Source: Polyangiales bacterium (GTDB lineage: Bacteria > Myxococcota_A > Polyangia > Polyangiales > Houyiibacteriaceae). Taken from it: a stretch of DNA of 42,387 nt. Position numbers and translations under genes: made by a program. The notes beneath the pieces are model-generated. The model made no database searches. It was given only the letters and a program-made list of their open reading frames with translations, and was not told where the DNA came from. The stretch covers positions 1 to 42,387 of the forward strand of contig DASRZF010000378.1 of the NCBI GenBank assembly GCA_035686645.1, given 5' to 3'. Shown piece after piece: positions 27,307 to 35,729 of the stretch. Numbering within the stretch: the first letter of the stretch is position 1; every line of letters starts with the position of its first letter.

Positions 27307-27425
27307 GGCCGGAGCTTACTCGGGTCGGGCCCGCAAGCACGGAGATTGGAGGCTAGGCGGACGCATGATACCGTAGCGGCCGTGGGGGACGACGGAAGTC
27401 GGCAAGTACCGATCGGAACGAGGCG

Positions 27426-28298
27426 ATGAGCGCATTGGTTCTCGTGGCTGACCCCGATCCATTCAACCTTCGCTTGCTTCACGAGGCCTGTGAAGTGGCG
27501 GGCTACGACGTGGTGACCGCAGCCGATGGGCCCGAGGTGCTCGCGATGATCGCGCGTCGTCCGCCGGACCTGCTCATTCTCGACGCCAAGATGTCGGAGA
27601 TCGATGCATTCGAGATCCTCCGCATCCTCAAAGCCGACGCCGGCCTGCTCGACATTCCGGTTCTCCTGGTCACTGACGAGAGCGACATCGACGCACGACG
27701 CCGGGGTATCGAGCTCGGTGCCGAAGACTACCTCACTCGCCCTTACCGAGTATTCGAGATTCAACGAAGGGTTCGCAACGTCTTGCGTGCGACCAGACGG
27801 GACCGAATCGGAATTCCAGAGAGCACGCCTCCAGCGGACCAACGAGACCCAGTGACCGGGGCCGGCACGCCATCGCAGCTGTTGATCAGCCTGGACTATG
27901 AGCACACGCGCGCCGAACGGTACGGGCACCCATTGAGCTGTATCGTCGTAAAGCTCGGCAACTCGAACGAGATTGCGGCCGCAAGCGGCGACGGCACGGC
28001 CGACCAGGCGATGGCGCGAATCGGCACCGGACTCAAGGCATGTATTCGCGCCGTCGATCATCTGTTCCGACTGCGGCGCGACGAGTTCTGTATCTTGCTC
28101 CCGGAGACGGACGGAGATGGGGCGGGCTACGTGCTCCGGCGCTTGGAGGGTCAGGTCGAAAGCGGGAAGCTCTGGGGCGAGGATGTCGTTCCCAGACCAA
28201 ACATTCAGATCGGACTGACGAGCACGCCTGAGGAACGCGTCAAGAGCGGCGACGATCTATTGCAGCAAACTCGCCGTTCGCTGGCCAAGAAGAGCTAG
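27426..28298 (+). CDS. Response regulator with a degenerate GGDEF domain (RRDEF)
   Basis: Receiver domain (LVADPDP...LLILDAKM...DYLTRP), then a GGDEF-fold region DPVTGAG...RAVDHLFRLRRDEFCILLPE. The A-site reads RRDEF instead of GG[DE]EF, and VVKLGN replaces the DxDxFK motif. Confidence 0.85.
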   Translation: MSALVLVADPDPFNLRLLHEACEVAGYDVVTAADGPEVLAMIARRPPDLLILDAKMSEIDAFEILRILKADAGLLDIPVLLVTDESDIDARRRGIELGAEDYLTRPYRVFEIQRRVRNVLRATRRDRIGIPESTPPADQRDPVTGAGTPSQLLISLDYEHTRAERYGHPLSCIVVKLGNSNEIAAASGDGTADQAMARIGTGLKACIRAVDHLFRLRRDEFCILLPETDGDGAGYVLRRLEGQVESGKLWGEDVVPRPNIQIGLTSTPEERVKSGDDLLQQTRRSLAKKS

Positions 28299-28783
28299 AG
28301 CGCGGAGGCGAAGCGAAGCACCCAGAGCGCCACGGCACCTGCGCCCAGCGCGAGCGCCCATCGATTCAGAGCAAAGCGCTCGATCACGGCGTCGAGCGAC
28401 CAGCCGCGCCAGCCCGCAACGATGCCAATGGGGATGCAGGCGCATACGGCGAAAAAGAGTGCGAGCCCCAAGGGATTGGCGCTGGCCGCGGCGACCCAAC
28501 TGCCGCGGATGCCGTGAGCGAAAGCCGTCGTGAGCCCGCATCCTGGGCAGGGTGCTCCGGTGAGCAAGAGAAATCCGCACGGTGGGAGCCCGAGCTGCGT
28601 GTGAGTTCCGTGACCTCGGGAATCGGGCTCCAGCCAGGCGGCTGCCAGCAGCACGAGCACCGAGCCCAGCGCGAGCGCCCACCAGCCCAGGCGTTGCCAA
28701 TGCGGGTTAGCCCTGGTCCTATCGGGGCTCGTCATCATGGTTCGGCTCACGCCAGTCTGGATTGCGCTTCGGTTGGCCGTCAA
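28295..28783 (-). CDS. DUF2752-like membrane protein
   Basis: LPPCGFLLLTGAPCPGCGLTTAF motif followed by hydrophobic helices. The start may be the internal MMTSPD (about 28738). Confidence 0.65.
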   Translation of the reverse strand: MTANRSAIQTGVSRTMMTSPDRTRANPHWQRLGWWALALGSVLVLLAAAWLEPDSRGHGTHTQLGLPPCGFLLLTGAPCPGCGLTTAFAHGIRGSWVAAASANPLGLALFFAVCACIPIGIVAGWRGWSLDAVIERFALNRWALALGAGAVALWVLRFASAL

Positions 28784-29270
28784 TGATCACCACGCAGGGC
28801 AGCGCGCAGTCGGGCTCACCGATCGACTCGTGAACATGCCTTCCAACCGGATTGTCATTGCCAGCAGCAAAGTCAGCGTAGTGCGCATGCAAGCACTTTA
28901 CACCTCCGGATGAGCCTCCAACGCCACCACTCGGGCGAAGAGGTGCATCCGCCGGAAGCCGCGCGTCCCGTGCGCGGGCGTAGCCATCATGTCTCACTTT
29001 GAGCGCCTCACTCAAGCTCGGGTTGGCATCGATTCTCGCCTGCTCCGCACGAACGCCCCCCTCTGCTTCAATCCGCGCAATGCGACGATGCGCCAGAGGG
29101 CAAGTGAGCCAGTAGAGCGTCGGAAACGGCTCCCCGGTGTCGAGCAGGGGAGGCACGTCCGCGACTACGGGAAGTCCGAGACTGCAGCGTTTTAGAACGG
29201 TCGACGTTGCGCGCAACGGTCGCCCGATCTGAAGGGCGAGAATCTCGCGATCCGGCTCGTCGATGCTCAT
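28719..29270 (-). CDS. DUF501-like protein
   Basis: 183 aa. EPFPTLYWLTCP and GGVKCLHAHYA..AAGNDNPVG are patterns I recognise from DUF501 proteins. Its ATG overlaps the upstream stop (ATGA). Confidence 0.65.
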   Translation of the reverse strand: MSIDEPDREILALQIGRPLRATSTVLKRCSLGLPVVADVPPLLDTGEPFPTLYWLTCPLAHRRIARIEAEGGVRAEQARIDANPSLSEALKVRHDGYARARDARLPADAPLRPSGGVGGSSGGVKCLHAHYADFAAGNDNPVGRHVHESIGEPDCALPCVVIIDGQPKRNPDWREPNHDDEPR

Positions 29271-30304
29271 GAGATGCGCATGCGGTCCTCGATCTCGGTC
29301 CAGAAGTCGGACTCGCCGACGACCTCGAGCATCATGACCGCTTCCGCGGACGCGCGGTCTGCGCGCGCGCCGCCGTCTCGCAGAAGCGCCGAAATACGCT
29401 CCGCAATGGTGAGCCGTGTGGCCAGCTCAGCGCGTGCCACGGCGAAGTTGTGGTCCTCGGCCCATTTGAGCGACCAGATCTCATCGGCAATCCAGTCGCC
29501 AAACACATCGCGGCTCGTGCGCGGCTTTGGGGAGCGGGCCTGAGCTCGATCGAAGGCGGCCGCCCATGGACGCGGAGGTGGACGCGGGCTGCGCCGGTTC
29601 TGGATAGCGGAGATCATGTCGCCCACCCAGGCCATCGCCACACCGAACTGCGACCCGTCACGTGCTCCGATGAATTCGTCGGCTTGCTTGTCCCAGCTAC
29701 TTCCCTTGAGCCGTGGGAACGGCTCCGCGTCGAGAATTCTCAGCAGCGGCTCGCGGCCGCGAAGCCGGGCGAGGTACTCGACCTCAATCGACTCCCATTC
29801 GGAGAACTCGATCTCCTTCTTTGCCGTCATCGGGATGCGCTTGATACGCCGGTCGGCAACGAGCTGACCACCACCGTTGGCGATCGAGCTCTCGACATCC
29901 TCGGGCTCAATCAGCGGCCGTTCGCCCATCGTTCTGCAGGGGCAGCGATGTTCCGTAGTGATTCGACCCCCAACCGGGGTCGCCACGAGTCCCAATGGAA
30001 ATCGACGACAACCTTCCGGCTTGAATTCGGGGCCGAGCTTGGCGTGCACCGAGCAACGCTGGTCCGACATCAGGAAGACACAGCCGCCGTCGGCTGCAGT
30101 CTTGAGCATGTAGTCGTCATGGTCGTCGTCCCAGCCCGCCGACTTTCGCTCGATCCGGCGCATCTCCGCGACTTCCTTCTTCGTGAGGGGTCCGATGCCG
30201 TGGATGTCCGTGCAGCACAATCCATCCCCAAAGCACGTGTACCGCGCGCCGGGTCGCGGAAGCATGGGTCGAACTTTGGTCTTTTTCTTTTTGTTTCCAG
30301 CCAT
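29267..30304 (-). CDS. YkgJ-like Cys-cluster protein with a C-terminal domain; paralog of 18689-19720
   Basis: 345 aa. YTCFGDGLCC, GGCVF....RCSVH, KPEGCRRFPL, HRCPC, and C-terminal VFGDWIADEIWSLKW...ARAELATRLTIAERI...ASAEAVMMLEVVG, all matching the first copy. Confidence 0.75.
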   Translation of the reverse strand: MAGNKKKKTKVRPMLPRPGARYTCFGDGLCCTDIHGIGPLTKKEVAEMRRIERKSAGWDDDHDDYMLKTAADGGCVFLMSDQRCSVHAKLGPEFKPEGCRRFPLGLVATPVGGRITTEHRCPCRTMGERPLIEPEDVESSIANGGGQLVADRRIKRIPMTAKKEIEFSEWESIEVEYLARLRGREPLLRILDAEPFPRLKGSSWDKQADEFIGARDGSQFGVAMAWVGDMISAIQNRRSPRPPPRPWAAAFDRAQARSPKPRTSRDVFGDWIADEIWSLKWAEDHNFAVARAELATRLTIAERISALLRDGGARADRASAEAVMMLEVVGESDFWTEIEDRMRIS

Positions 30305-30336
30305 GAACGTACGTGGGCTTCCTCAGCACCCAGTAA

Positions 30337-30353
30337 AAGGGGACTGTCCCCTT
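30337..30353. promoter_or_regulatory. Inverted repeat AAGGGGA-ctg-TCCCCTT in a divergent promoter region
   Basis: Perfect 7-bp arms with a 3-nt spacer, located between the divergent starts at 30304 (-) and 30375 (+). Confidence 0.3.
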
Positions 30354-30374
30354 CTTCTAGGATATGATTTCGGG

Positions 30375-30905
30375 ATGGGAGCGAGTCCTTCACCGCTCGT
30401 GGGTTACAACACGAACGTGCGCCATAAGGGAAAGCTGTATCACATTCAAACCGAAGACTCGGGTGTGAAACGGCCACATGTCATCACTCAGCTTTTCGCA
30501 GACGGCGGACGCATCATTGCGTCGGAGAAGACATCATACGCAGAACACGTCGAATCCGAAGACCTCACTGCCATCGTCAAGCAGCTCATGCAAGAGCAGC
30601 ACAAGCGAGTGTTCATTGCACTTCGAGACGGCGCTTACGATGAAGATGGCCCTTCCGAAGCACGAAGCGACGGTCAATCCGCAACTACGTCAGACTTGGA
30701 AGTGACGACCGAGGTTCTGGAGCACGCGGCCGCGCGTCTGGTCGAGGGCGCGCCCCACTACGAGCAGGTGCGGGCCGGCAGTGTATCCCAGCAGAGAATC
30801 TCTCGAGCGCCGGCCGCTCCATTCGGACACGATGTGTTGAGCGAAAAGACGCTCGACGAAGTCATACTCTCGTATCTTGCCGAGGACCTCGAAACCGGCA
30901 CCTGA
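30375..30905 (+). CDS. Hypothetical protein (N-terminal KGKLYHIQTEDSG domain, acidic C-terminus)
   Basis: Start set at MGASPSPLVGYNT (ATG 30375). The upstream part of the track ORF overlaps the divergent gene. I cannot name a family with confidence. Confidence 0.55.
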   Translation: MGASPSPLVGYNTNVRHKGKLYHIQTEDSGVKRPHVITQLFADGGRIIASEKTSYAEHVESEDLTAIVKQLMQEQHKRVFIALRDGAYDEDGPSEARSDGQSATTSDLEVTTEVLEHAAARLVEGAPHYEQVRAGSVSQQRISRAPAAPFGHDVLSEKTLDEVILSYLAEDLETGT

Positions 30906-30916
30906 GCGCGCTCGGC

Positions 30917-30945
30917 TTGACACTCTTTCGGGCGCGTTGTTAGCT
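30917..30945 (+). promoter_or_regulatory. Candidate sigma70-like promoter (TTGACA-N17-TTAGCT) upstream of the SCP2 gene
   Basis: Perfect -35 TTGACA at 30917-30922 and a weak -10 at 30940-30945, about 38 nt before the ATG at 30984. Confidence 0.3.
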
Positions 30946-30983
30946 CCTCGCCCCATTGCCAACCCGAGTGAGGCGATTTCAAG

Positions 30984-31307
30984 ATGCCCGACGCAAAGAT
31001 TTCCTTCACCGAGAACATCCCCAAGTCGATAGCGAAGGACCTCGAGAAGGCCAGAGCCGTGGACGCGGTGTTCTTGTTTCGAGTGACTGGCGAAGAAGGC
31101 GGCACCTGGACGGTCAACATGAAAGACGAGCCCGGAGTCACCGAAGGCGACGCGGGGAACGCGGAGTGCACGATCGAGCTTTCCAACGAGGACTGGAGGG
31201 CAATGACTGAAAAGCCCGGGACAGCAATGCAGTTCTTCATGCACGGTAAGATCAAGGTGCGAGGCAATGCTTTGCTCGCGACCAAGCTCCAAGCCGTGAT
31301 CGGCTAG
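30984..31307 (+). CDS. SCP2 sterol-binding domain protein
   Basis: 107 aa. ...VFLFRVTGEEGGTWTVNMKD...CTIELSNEDWRAM..G..TAMQFFMHGKIKVRGNALLATKL is the SCP2 pattern. Confidence 0.85.
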   Translation: MPDAKISFTENIPKSIAKDLEKARAVDAVFLFRVTGEEGGTWTVNMKDEPGVTEGDAGNAECTIELSNEDWRAMTEKPGTAMQFFMHGKIKVRGNALLATKLQAVIG

Positions 31308-31321
31308 CGGACATCGCCAAG

Positions 31322-31597
31322 ATGCCCATTATCAAAGAACGCATCTTCATGCTTCTGCAGGACCCCCGCGTGATGAAGCTGATGCGGGATCCCAAGGTTC
31401 AGGCAATTGTGATGAAGGGTTTTCGCTACCGGGGTCGTGTAGAAGGGGCGTTCGACCAGGGCGTGCAGCGCATCGCGGGGAAATTGAATCTCGCGACGCA
31501 GCGTGACCTTCGTGGACTGCAACGCCGGATTCGACACCTCGAACGTGAGCTTCGCGAGGCCGAGGAGCGTCTCAACGAAGACCAAGCCGCTCGATGA
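31322..31597 (+). CDS. Small coiled-coil protein, phasin-like (uncertain)
   Basis: 91 aa. The C-terminal LNLATQRDLRGLQRRIRHLERELREAEERL resembles the C-terminal helix of phasin / PHA-granule-associated proteins. Confidence 0.55.
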   Translation: MPIIKERIFMLLQDPRVMKLMRDPKVQAIVMKGFRYRGRVEGAFDQGVQRIAGKLNLATQRDLRGLQRRIRHLERELREAEERLNEDQAAR

Positions 31598-32069
31598 GCG
31601 CAGGTCCGTAGTAAGCGCCAAAGTAGAACATGGCGACGAGGGGCACGATGATGCTCAGGATCGCGAGGATGACCCCGAGCGTGACGACCGCGTAGTCCCA
31701 TCGGCTGGGCTTGGATGCGTCGGATTCGTGCTCGCGGATGAGCTCGAGGTTGCGACGATTCGACTTGTAGGCCGCGTCGAAGATGTCTCCAATGATCGGG
31801 AGCGCGCCAAGGACCACGTCGACCAATATGTTGAGGATCATGCGCATCAAGACGACGCGTGGCACCCCTCGGCGTAGCGCCAACGTCAGGAGACCAACCG
31901 AGCCAACGCCAGTGACCGCGTCGCCGATACCAGGAAACAAGATCCCGATGACCGGATCCAATCCGAAACGAAAGTCGGTTCCCGGAATACGAAAGCGATC
32001 GTCCAGCAAGGTGACGAGGCGCTCCGCCCATCGCCTCAGCGCTGAAATCGAACGGTCCGGATCGACCAT
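31572..32069 (-). CDS. DUF4112-like membrane protein
   Basis: LLDDRFRIPGTDFRFGLDPVIGILFPGIGD...LVDVVLGALPIIGDIFDAAYKSNRRN matches my memory of DUF4112. Its 3' end overlaps the convergent gene by 26 nt. Confidence 0.7.
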   Translation of the reverse strand: MVDPDRSISALRRWAERLVTLLDDRFRIPGTDFRFGLDPVIGILFPGIGDAVTGVGSVGLLTLALRRGVPRVVLMRMILNILVDVVLGALPIIGDIFDAAYKSNRRNLELIREHESDASKPSRWDYAVVTLGVILAILSIIVPLVAMFYFGAYYGPALIERLGLR

Positions 32070-32090
32070 GGGTGGACTCTAGGCGCGCAG

Positions 32091-33407
32091 TTAGGCGTCC
32101 GCCAGCACGTGATCCCCACAGACCTCGACGAACACGGACCGCAGACGTTCTCGAAGATTCGAGCCCTTCTCCACGAAATGATGGATGCCCAGTTGGTGAA
32201 GAAGCTGCACGTCGTGCTCTTGCGCACCTGCGCTCACCGAAATGATCGAGCAGCCTTGCGCGAGTCCCTCGCCCTTGAGCTGCATACAGAGCTCCACGCC
32301 GTTCATCCGGGGCATGTGCAGGTCGACCAACATGACATCGGGTTCTTCTTTCTGAACTTCGCTCAGCGCCTCCTCGCCATCGTAGGCGACGCGGATTTCG
32401 GATGAACCGATGATCTGCCGCACGTAGAAGGTGAGGATTCTCGCGAGATCTGCGTCGTCATCGACGATCAACACCGATGGTCCGCTTCGGCCCGATCTGG
32501 CGACCCCGCCGCTTCTAGGCCGTTCGTCGAGGATCGCACGCAGCTGCCAGGCTACCGCCTCGGCACTTTGAATGCGCACCTGAGGATTGGGGCTCAGCAT
32601 TTCGTGAACCACCTGGCAGAGCGCCAGAGGACAGTCGATCCGCGCCTCCGCGAGCGGCGCAAGTTGTGCATGCTCGTGCGATGCGATCACTTCGCGGATG
32701 GTGGTTCCGGGATAAGGCCGGCCTCCGGTGAGCAGTTCGTACGCAACGACCCCGAGCCCGAAAATGTCGACCAGGTGTCCGCTCCCGGTCGCAGCCGTGT
32801 TGAGCAAGGCTTCTGGCGCCATGTATGGGGGCGAGCCCGCAACGCGTTGTTTCCCATTCACATCGAACTCTGGCAACACGAGACCGAAGTCCATGAGGAC
32901 GACCCGATGCGCGGGTGTGAGCATGATGTTGTCTGGTTTGATGTCTCGGTGAACCAGTCCCGCTCGATGGACGACGCTGAGTCCTTCAGCCGCGGGCAAA
33001 AGAAGCTGCACGACCTCGGCAGGCGTGAACTGCTCGCCGCTTCCCCAGCGAGTCGACGCATGCTGCGTGAGAGAAACGCCGTACACCCGCTCCATCACCA
33101 AGTAGTCGATTCCGCGATGCTCGCCGAGCGTATGAACACTCACCAAACTGGGATGCTGAAACGCCGCTAAGGCCCGCGCCTCGTTGCGCAGCGGCGGCGT
33201 GAGGGGGTTTGGCCAGGCCGCCTTGATGGCCACCCTCCGATTGAGCAGGTGGTCATGGGCCTCGAACACCTGGCCCATTCCGCCCCTGCCGAGCAGCTGC
33301 ATGATTTCATAGACCCCGTCGAGCAGCTCGCCGGTCGCGAAGATGCGATTTTCGCCGTCCGTCACGGGTTCGCTTGCTGCGGCGGCGTTTACCCCTAGGT
33401 CGCGCAT
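32091..33407 (-). CDS. Ser/Thr protein kinase fused to a C-terminal response-regulator receiver domain
   Basis: LGRGGMGQVF, VAIK, HRDIKPDNIML, DFG and APE kinase motifs. C-terminal receiver domain SVLIVDDDADL...DVMLVDLHMPRMNG. Confidence 0.9.
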   Translation of the reverse strand: MRDLGVNAAAASEPVTDGENRIFATGELLDGVYEIMQLLGRGGMGQVFEAHDHLLNRRVAIKAAWPNPLTPPLRNEARALAAFQHPSLVSVHTLGEHRGIDYLVMERVYGVSLTQHASTRWGSGEQFTPAEVVQLLLPAAEGLSVVHRAGLVHRDIKPDNIMLTPAHRVVLMDFGLVLPEFDVNGKQRVAGSPPYMAPEALLNTAATGSGHLVDIFGLGVVAYELLTGGRPYPGTTIREVIASHEHAQLAPLAEARIDCPLALCQVVHEMLSPNPQVRIQSAEAVAWQLRAILDERPRSGGVARSGRSGPSVLIVDDDADLARILTFYVRQIIGSSEIRVAYDGEEALSEVQKEEPDVMLVDLHMPRMNGVELCMQLKGEGLAQGCSIISVSAGAQEHDVQLLHQLGIHHFVEKGSNLRERLRSVFVEVCGDHVLADA

Positions 33408-33421
33408 ATCAGTATTTACAT

Positions 33422-33449
33422 ACTATATTCGTGACACTGTAACAGGCAA
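33422..33449 (-). promoter_or_regulatory. Candidate sigma70-like promoter (TTGCCT-N16-TATAGT) in the 44-nt murI-kinase gap
   Basis: On the minus strand, TTGCCT (33449-33444), a 16-nt spacer, then TATAGT (33427-33422). The -10 element ends 14 nt before the kinase ATG (33407), in a locally AT-rich patch. Confidence 0.35.
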
Positions 33450-33451
33450 GG

Positions 33452-34258
33452 TCAGAGGTCGATTTGCCGAATGTCGAGCCCTTCGACCGCTTTTCCAAGG
33501 AATCTCGAGGCCGCAGCCCCAAATTGGCCGGGGAGATCGGTCACCAAGATCTCGAGGGAGCCCGGAGGCCCAGGCGTCGCCGGCTCTGGGCTGAGGATCT
33601 CGCCCAGGGTAGCCGCGGTGGCGTCGGCGCTGTCCACGATCGCAAGCTCATGGCCCAGGAGCTCGGCCGCAACCTCGTGAATCGTACCGGAGAGCAGTGG
33701 ATAGTGGGTGCAGCCGAGGACGATCGTGTCGACGTCCGCGTCGGCCAGTGGCTGCAGGTATCGCCTTGCGGCCAAGCGCGGGACCTCGCCGCTGACCCAG
33801 CCCTCTTCGGCCAACGGCACGAACAGCGGCGCCGCGGTCGCGATCACCTCCATGGCTTCGTTTTCCGCGTGAATCGCCCGCTCATACGCGCCCGATGCGA
33901 CCGTTCCTGACGTCGCCAGGACGCCGATTCGACCCGTGCGCGTGGCCCGCACCCCTGCTCGCGCGCCTGGCTCGATGACCCCGATCACGGGAATGTCGAG
34001 TCGGCTTTGGAGCTCCCCGAGCGCCACGCCGCTCACGGTATTGCATGCGACGACCAGAAGCTTGATGTCGAAGCTCAGCAGGCGCTCCGCGCAGCCGATC
34101 GCATACTTGACCACCGTCTGCGCGCTACGCGTACCGTACGGAACCCGAGCGGTGTCGCCGAGATAGACGAGGTTCTCCCTCGGCAGGGCCCCTGCAATGG
34201 CGCGGGCCACCGTTAGGCCGCCCAGGCCGGAGTCGAAAATGCCAATCGGCTTTGCCAC
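33452..34258 (-). CDS. murI: Glutamate racemase
   Basis: 268 aa. IGIFDSGLGGLTV, LVVACNT and IVLGCTHYP, which include the two catalytic Cys motifs. Confidence 0.93.
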   Translation of the reverse strand: MAKPIGIFDSGLGGLTVARAIAGALPRENLVYLGDTARVPYGTRSAQTVVKYAIGCAERLLSFDIKLLVVACNTVSGVALGELQSRLDIPVIGVIEPGARAGVRATRTGRIGVLATSGTVASGAYERAIHAENEAMEVIATAAPLFVPLAEEGWVSGEVPRLAARRYLQPLADADVDTIVLGCTHYPLLSGTIHEVAAELLGHELAIVDSADATAATLGEILSPEPATPGPPGSLEILVTDLPGQFGAAASRFLGKAVEGLDIRQIDL

Positions 34259-34337
34259 GTGCCCCTAGTCGGGCAAGCTTACACAGCCGCCCCGAAAGAG
34301 CCACCAGCGCGGTGGTCTCTGATAGGCTGACAAGCAC

Positions 34338-35726
34338 ATGCCCGCACTGGCGCTGATTTCGAGAGATCCGACCCTCTACCAAGAGCTCGTCGCCGCGCTC
34401 GACGGGACAGCTTGGTCTGTCGAATGGCTGGGCGCGGAGGTCCTCGACGGGGGCGAGCTCCATCAAGAGGTGGTCTTGCTGGACGCGACGCATCCCGGCG
34501 CGGAGACCTGGAGCACGCGAGGATCCAAGCCGGTTCTTCTTCTAGTGGACGGCACGGGCACGCAAGCCTTGGAAGAGCGCGCCGACGACATCATCTTCAG
34601 ACCGCCGGGACGACGGGAGCTCGAGGCACGACTCGAGCGACTCCATGCCCGCACGCCGCTCGACGAGTTGCGACGCCAGTACGCAAAGACCTTTGCATCC
34701 ATGGCGCCGGGCATCGTGGTCATCGACCCCGACCTCCAGATGGTATTCGCGAATCCACGGTCCTACGAGATCGTGGGACATCGCGAAGAGACGATTGCTG
34801 CAAGCGGTATCGCACGCGTCGTCGCGCCCAAAGACCTGCCCCGTGTCCGAGACGCTCTTTCGCAAGGCCAGTATCCGCGTGGAATGGACATTCACTTGAT
34901 CCGCCGTGACGGAACCCAGATCACTTGCAGCACATCCTTTGCGCCACTGATCGGCGCAGAAGACCACACGGTAATCTCCTTTGAAGACGTCACTGACATC
35001 CGGGCGACTGAGCGGGAGCTGCTCAAGACGATGGAGTTCTTGGAGTCGTTGATCGAGGCCAGCGTCGATGCGATCATCGCCACGGACATGGAGCAAAGGG
35101 TGATCCTGTTCAATCCGAGCGCGGAGCGAGTTTCGGGGCGACACGTTTCTGATGTCGTCGGCAAAGTGAAGCTAGAAGACCTTCTCGGTCGGGCGTCTTC
35201 CGAGCTGGTGACTCAGCGCCTGCTCGCTTCGGATCACGGCGGCGAGGGGCGACTCGAACCAACGATGCTCGACCTGCTCGACATCCACGGTGCTCGAATT
35301 CCGGTCCAGTTGTCTGCCTCGCTGATTTACGAGCACGGGGAACCATCGGCCATCGTGCTCATCTTCGCCGATCTGCGGGACAGGATCCGAGTCGAAGAAC
35401 GTTTGGCAGAGGCACAGAAGAAGCTCGCGTTCACGGAAAAGCAGGGCGTGCTGGCGGAGCTCGCGGGGACAGCCGCGCATGAGCTCAACCAGCCTCTAAC
35501 CAGCATGATGGCCTATGCAGAGCTCTTACTGAGACAGTCCGAGGAGGGCTCGAGCGGCGCCAAAGCGGCTCGAGTGCTGATTCGCGAGGCGGAGCGTATG
35601 GCGGAAATCGTGCGCAAGATCGGAAAGATCACACGATACGAAACGACCTCGTATGTAGGACACCAGAAAATCTTCGATCTCGATCGCGCGGTGGACACGT
35701 CCAGCGACCCAAGGACCAAGGGCTGA
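34338..35726 (+). CDS. Receiver-like / double-PAS / HisKA (DHp) protein lacking an ATPase domain
   Basis: 462 aa. N-terminal receiver-like ~105 aa (VVLLDATHPG...LLLVDG...IIFRPP), two PAS-like blocks, and H-box AGTAAHELNQPLTSMMAYAELL. The ORF ends about 75 aa after the H-box with no N/G1/G2 boxes. Confidence 0.8.
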   Translation: MPALALISRDPTLYQELVAALDGTAWSVEWLGAEVLDGGELHQEVVLLDATHPGAETWSTRGSKPVLLLVDGTGTQALEERADDIIFRPPGRRELEARLERLHARTPLDELRRQYAKTFASMAPGIVVIDPDLQMVFANPRSYEIVGHREETIAASGIARVVAPKDLPRVRDALSQGQYPRGMDIHLIRRDGTQITCSTSFAPLIGAEDHTVISFEDVTDIRATERELLKTMEFLESLIEASVDAIIATDMEQRVILFNPSAERVSGRHVSDVVGKVKLEDLLGRASSELVTQRLLASDHGGEGRLEPTMLDLLDIHGARIPVQLSASLIYEHGEPSAIVLIFADLRDRIRVEERLAEAQKKLAFTEKQGVLAELAGTAAHELNQPLTSMMAYAELLLRQSEEGSSGAKAARVLIREAERMAEIVRKIGKITRYETTSYVGHQKIFDLDRAVDTSSDPRTKG

Positions 35727-35729
35727 GCG

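Noticed and set aside
26467-27429. 320-aa plus-strand ORF opposite rsmB
   Set aside because: rsmB on the minus strand has SAM-binding and catalytic Cys motifs. The plus-frame product is Arg-rich with no domain signature.
29450-30367. 305-aa plus-strand ORF opposite the second YkgJ-like gene
   Set aside because: The minus-strand product is supported by full-length similarity to its paralog at 18689-19720. The plus frame has no such support.
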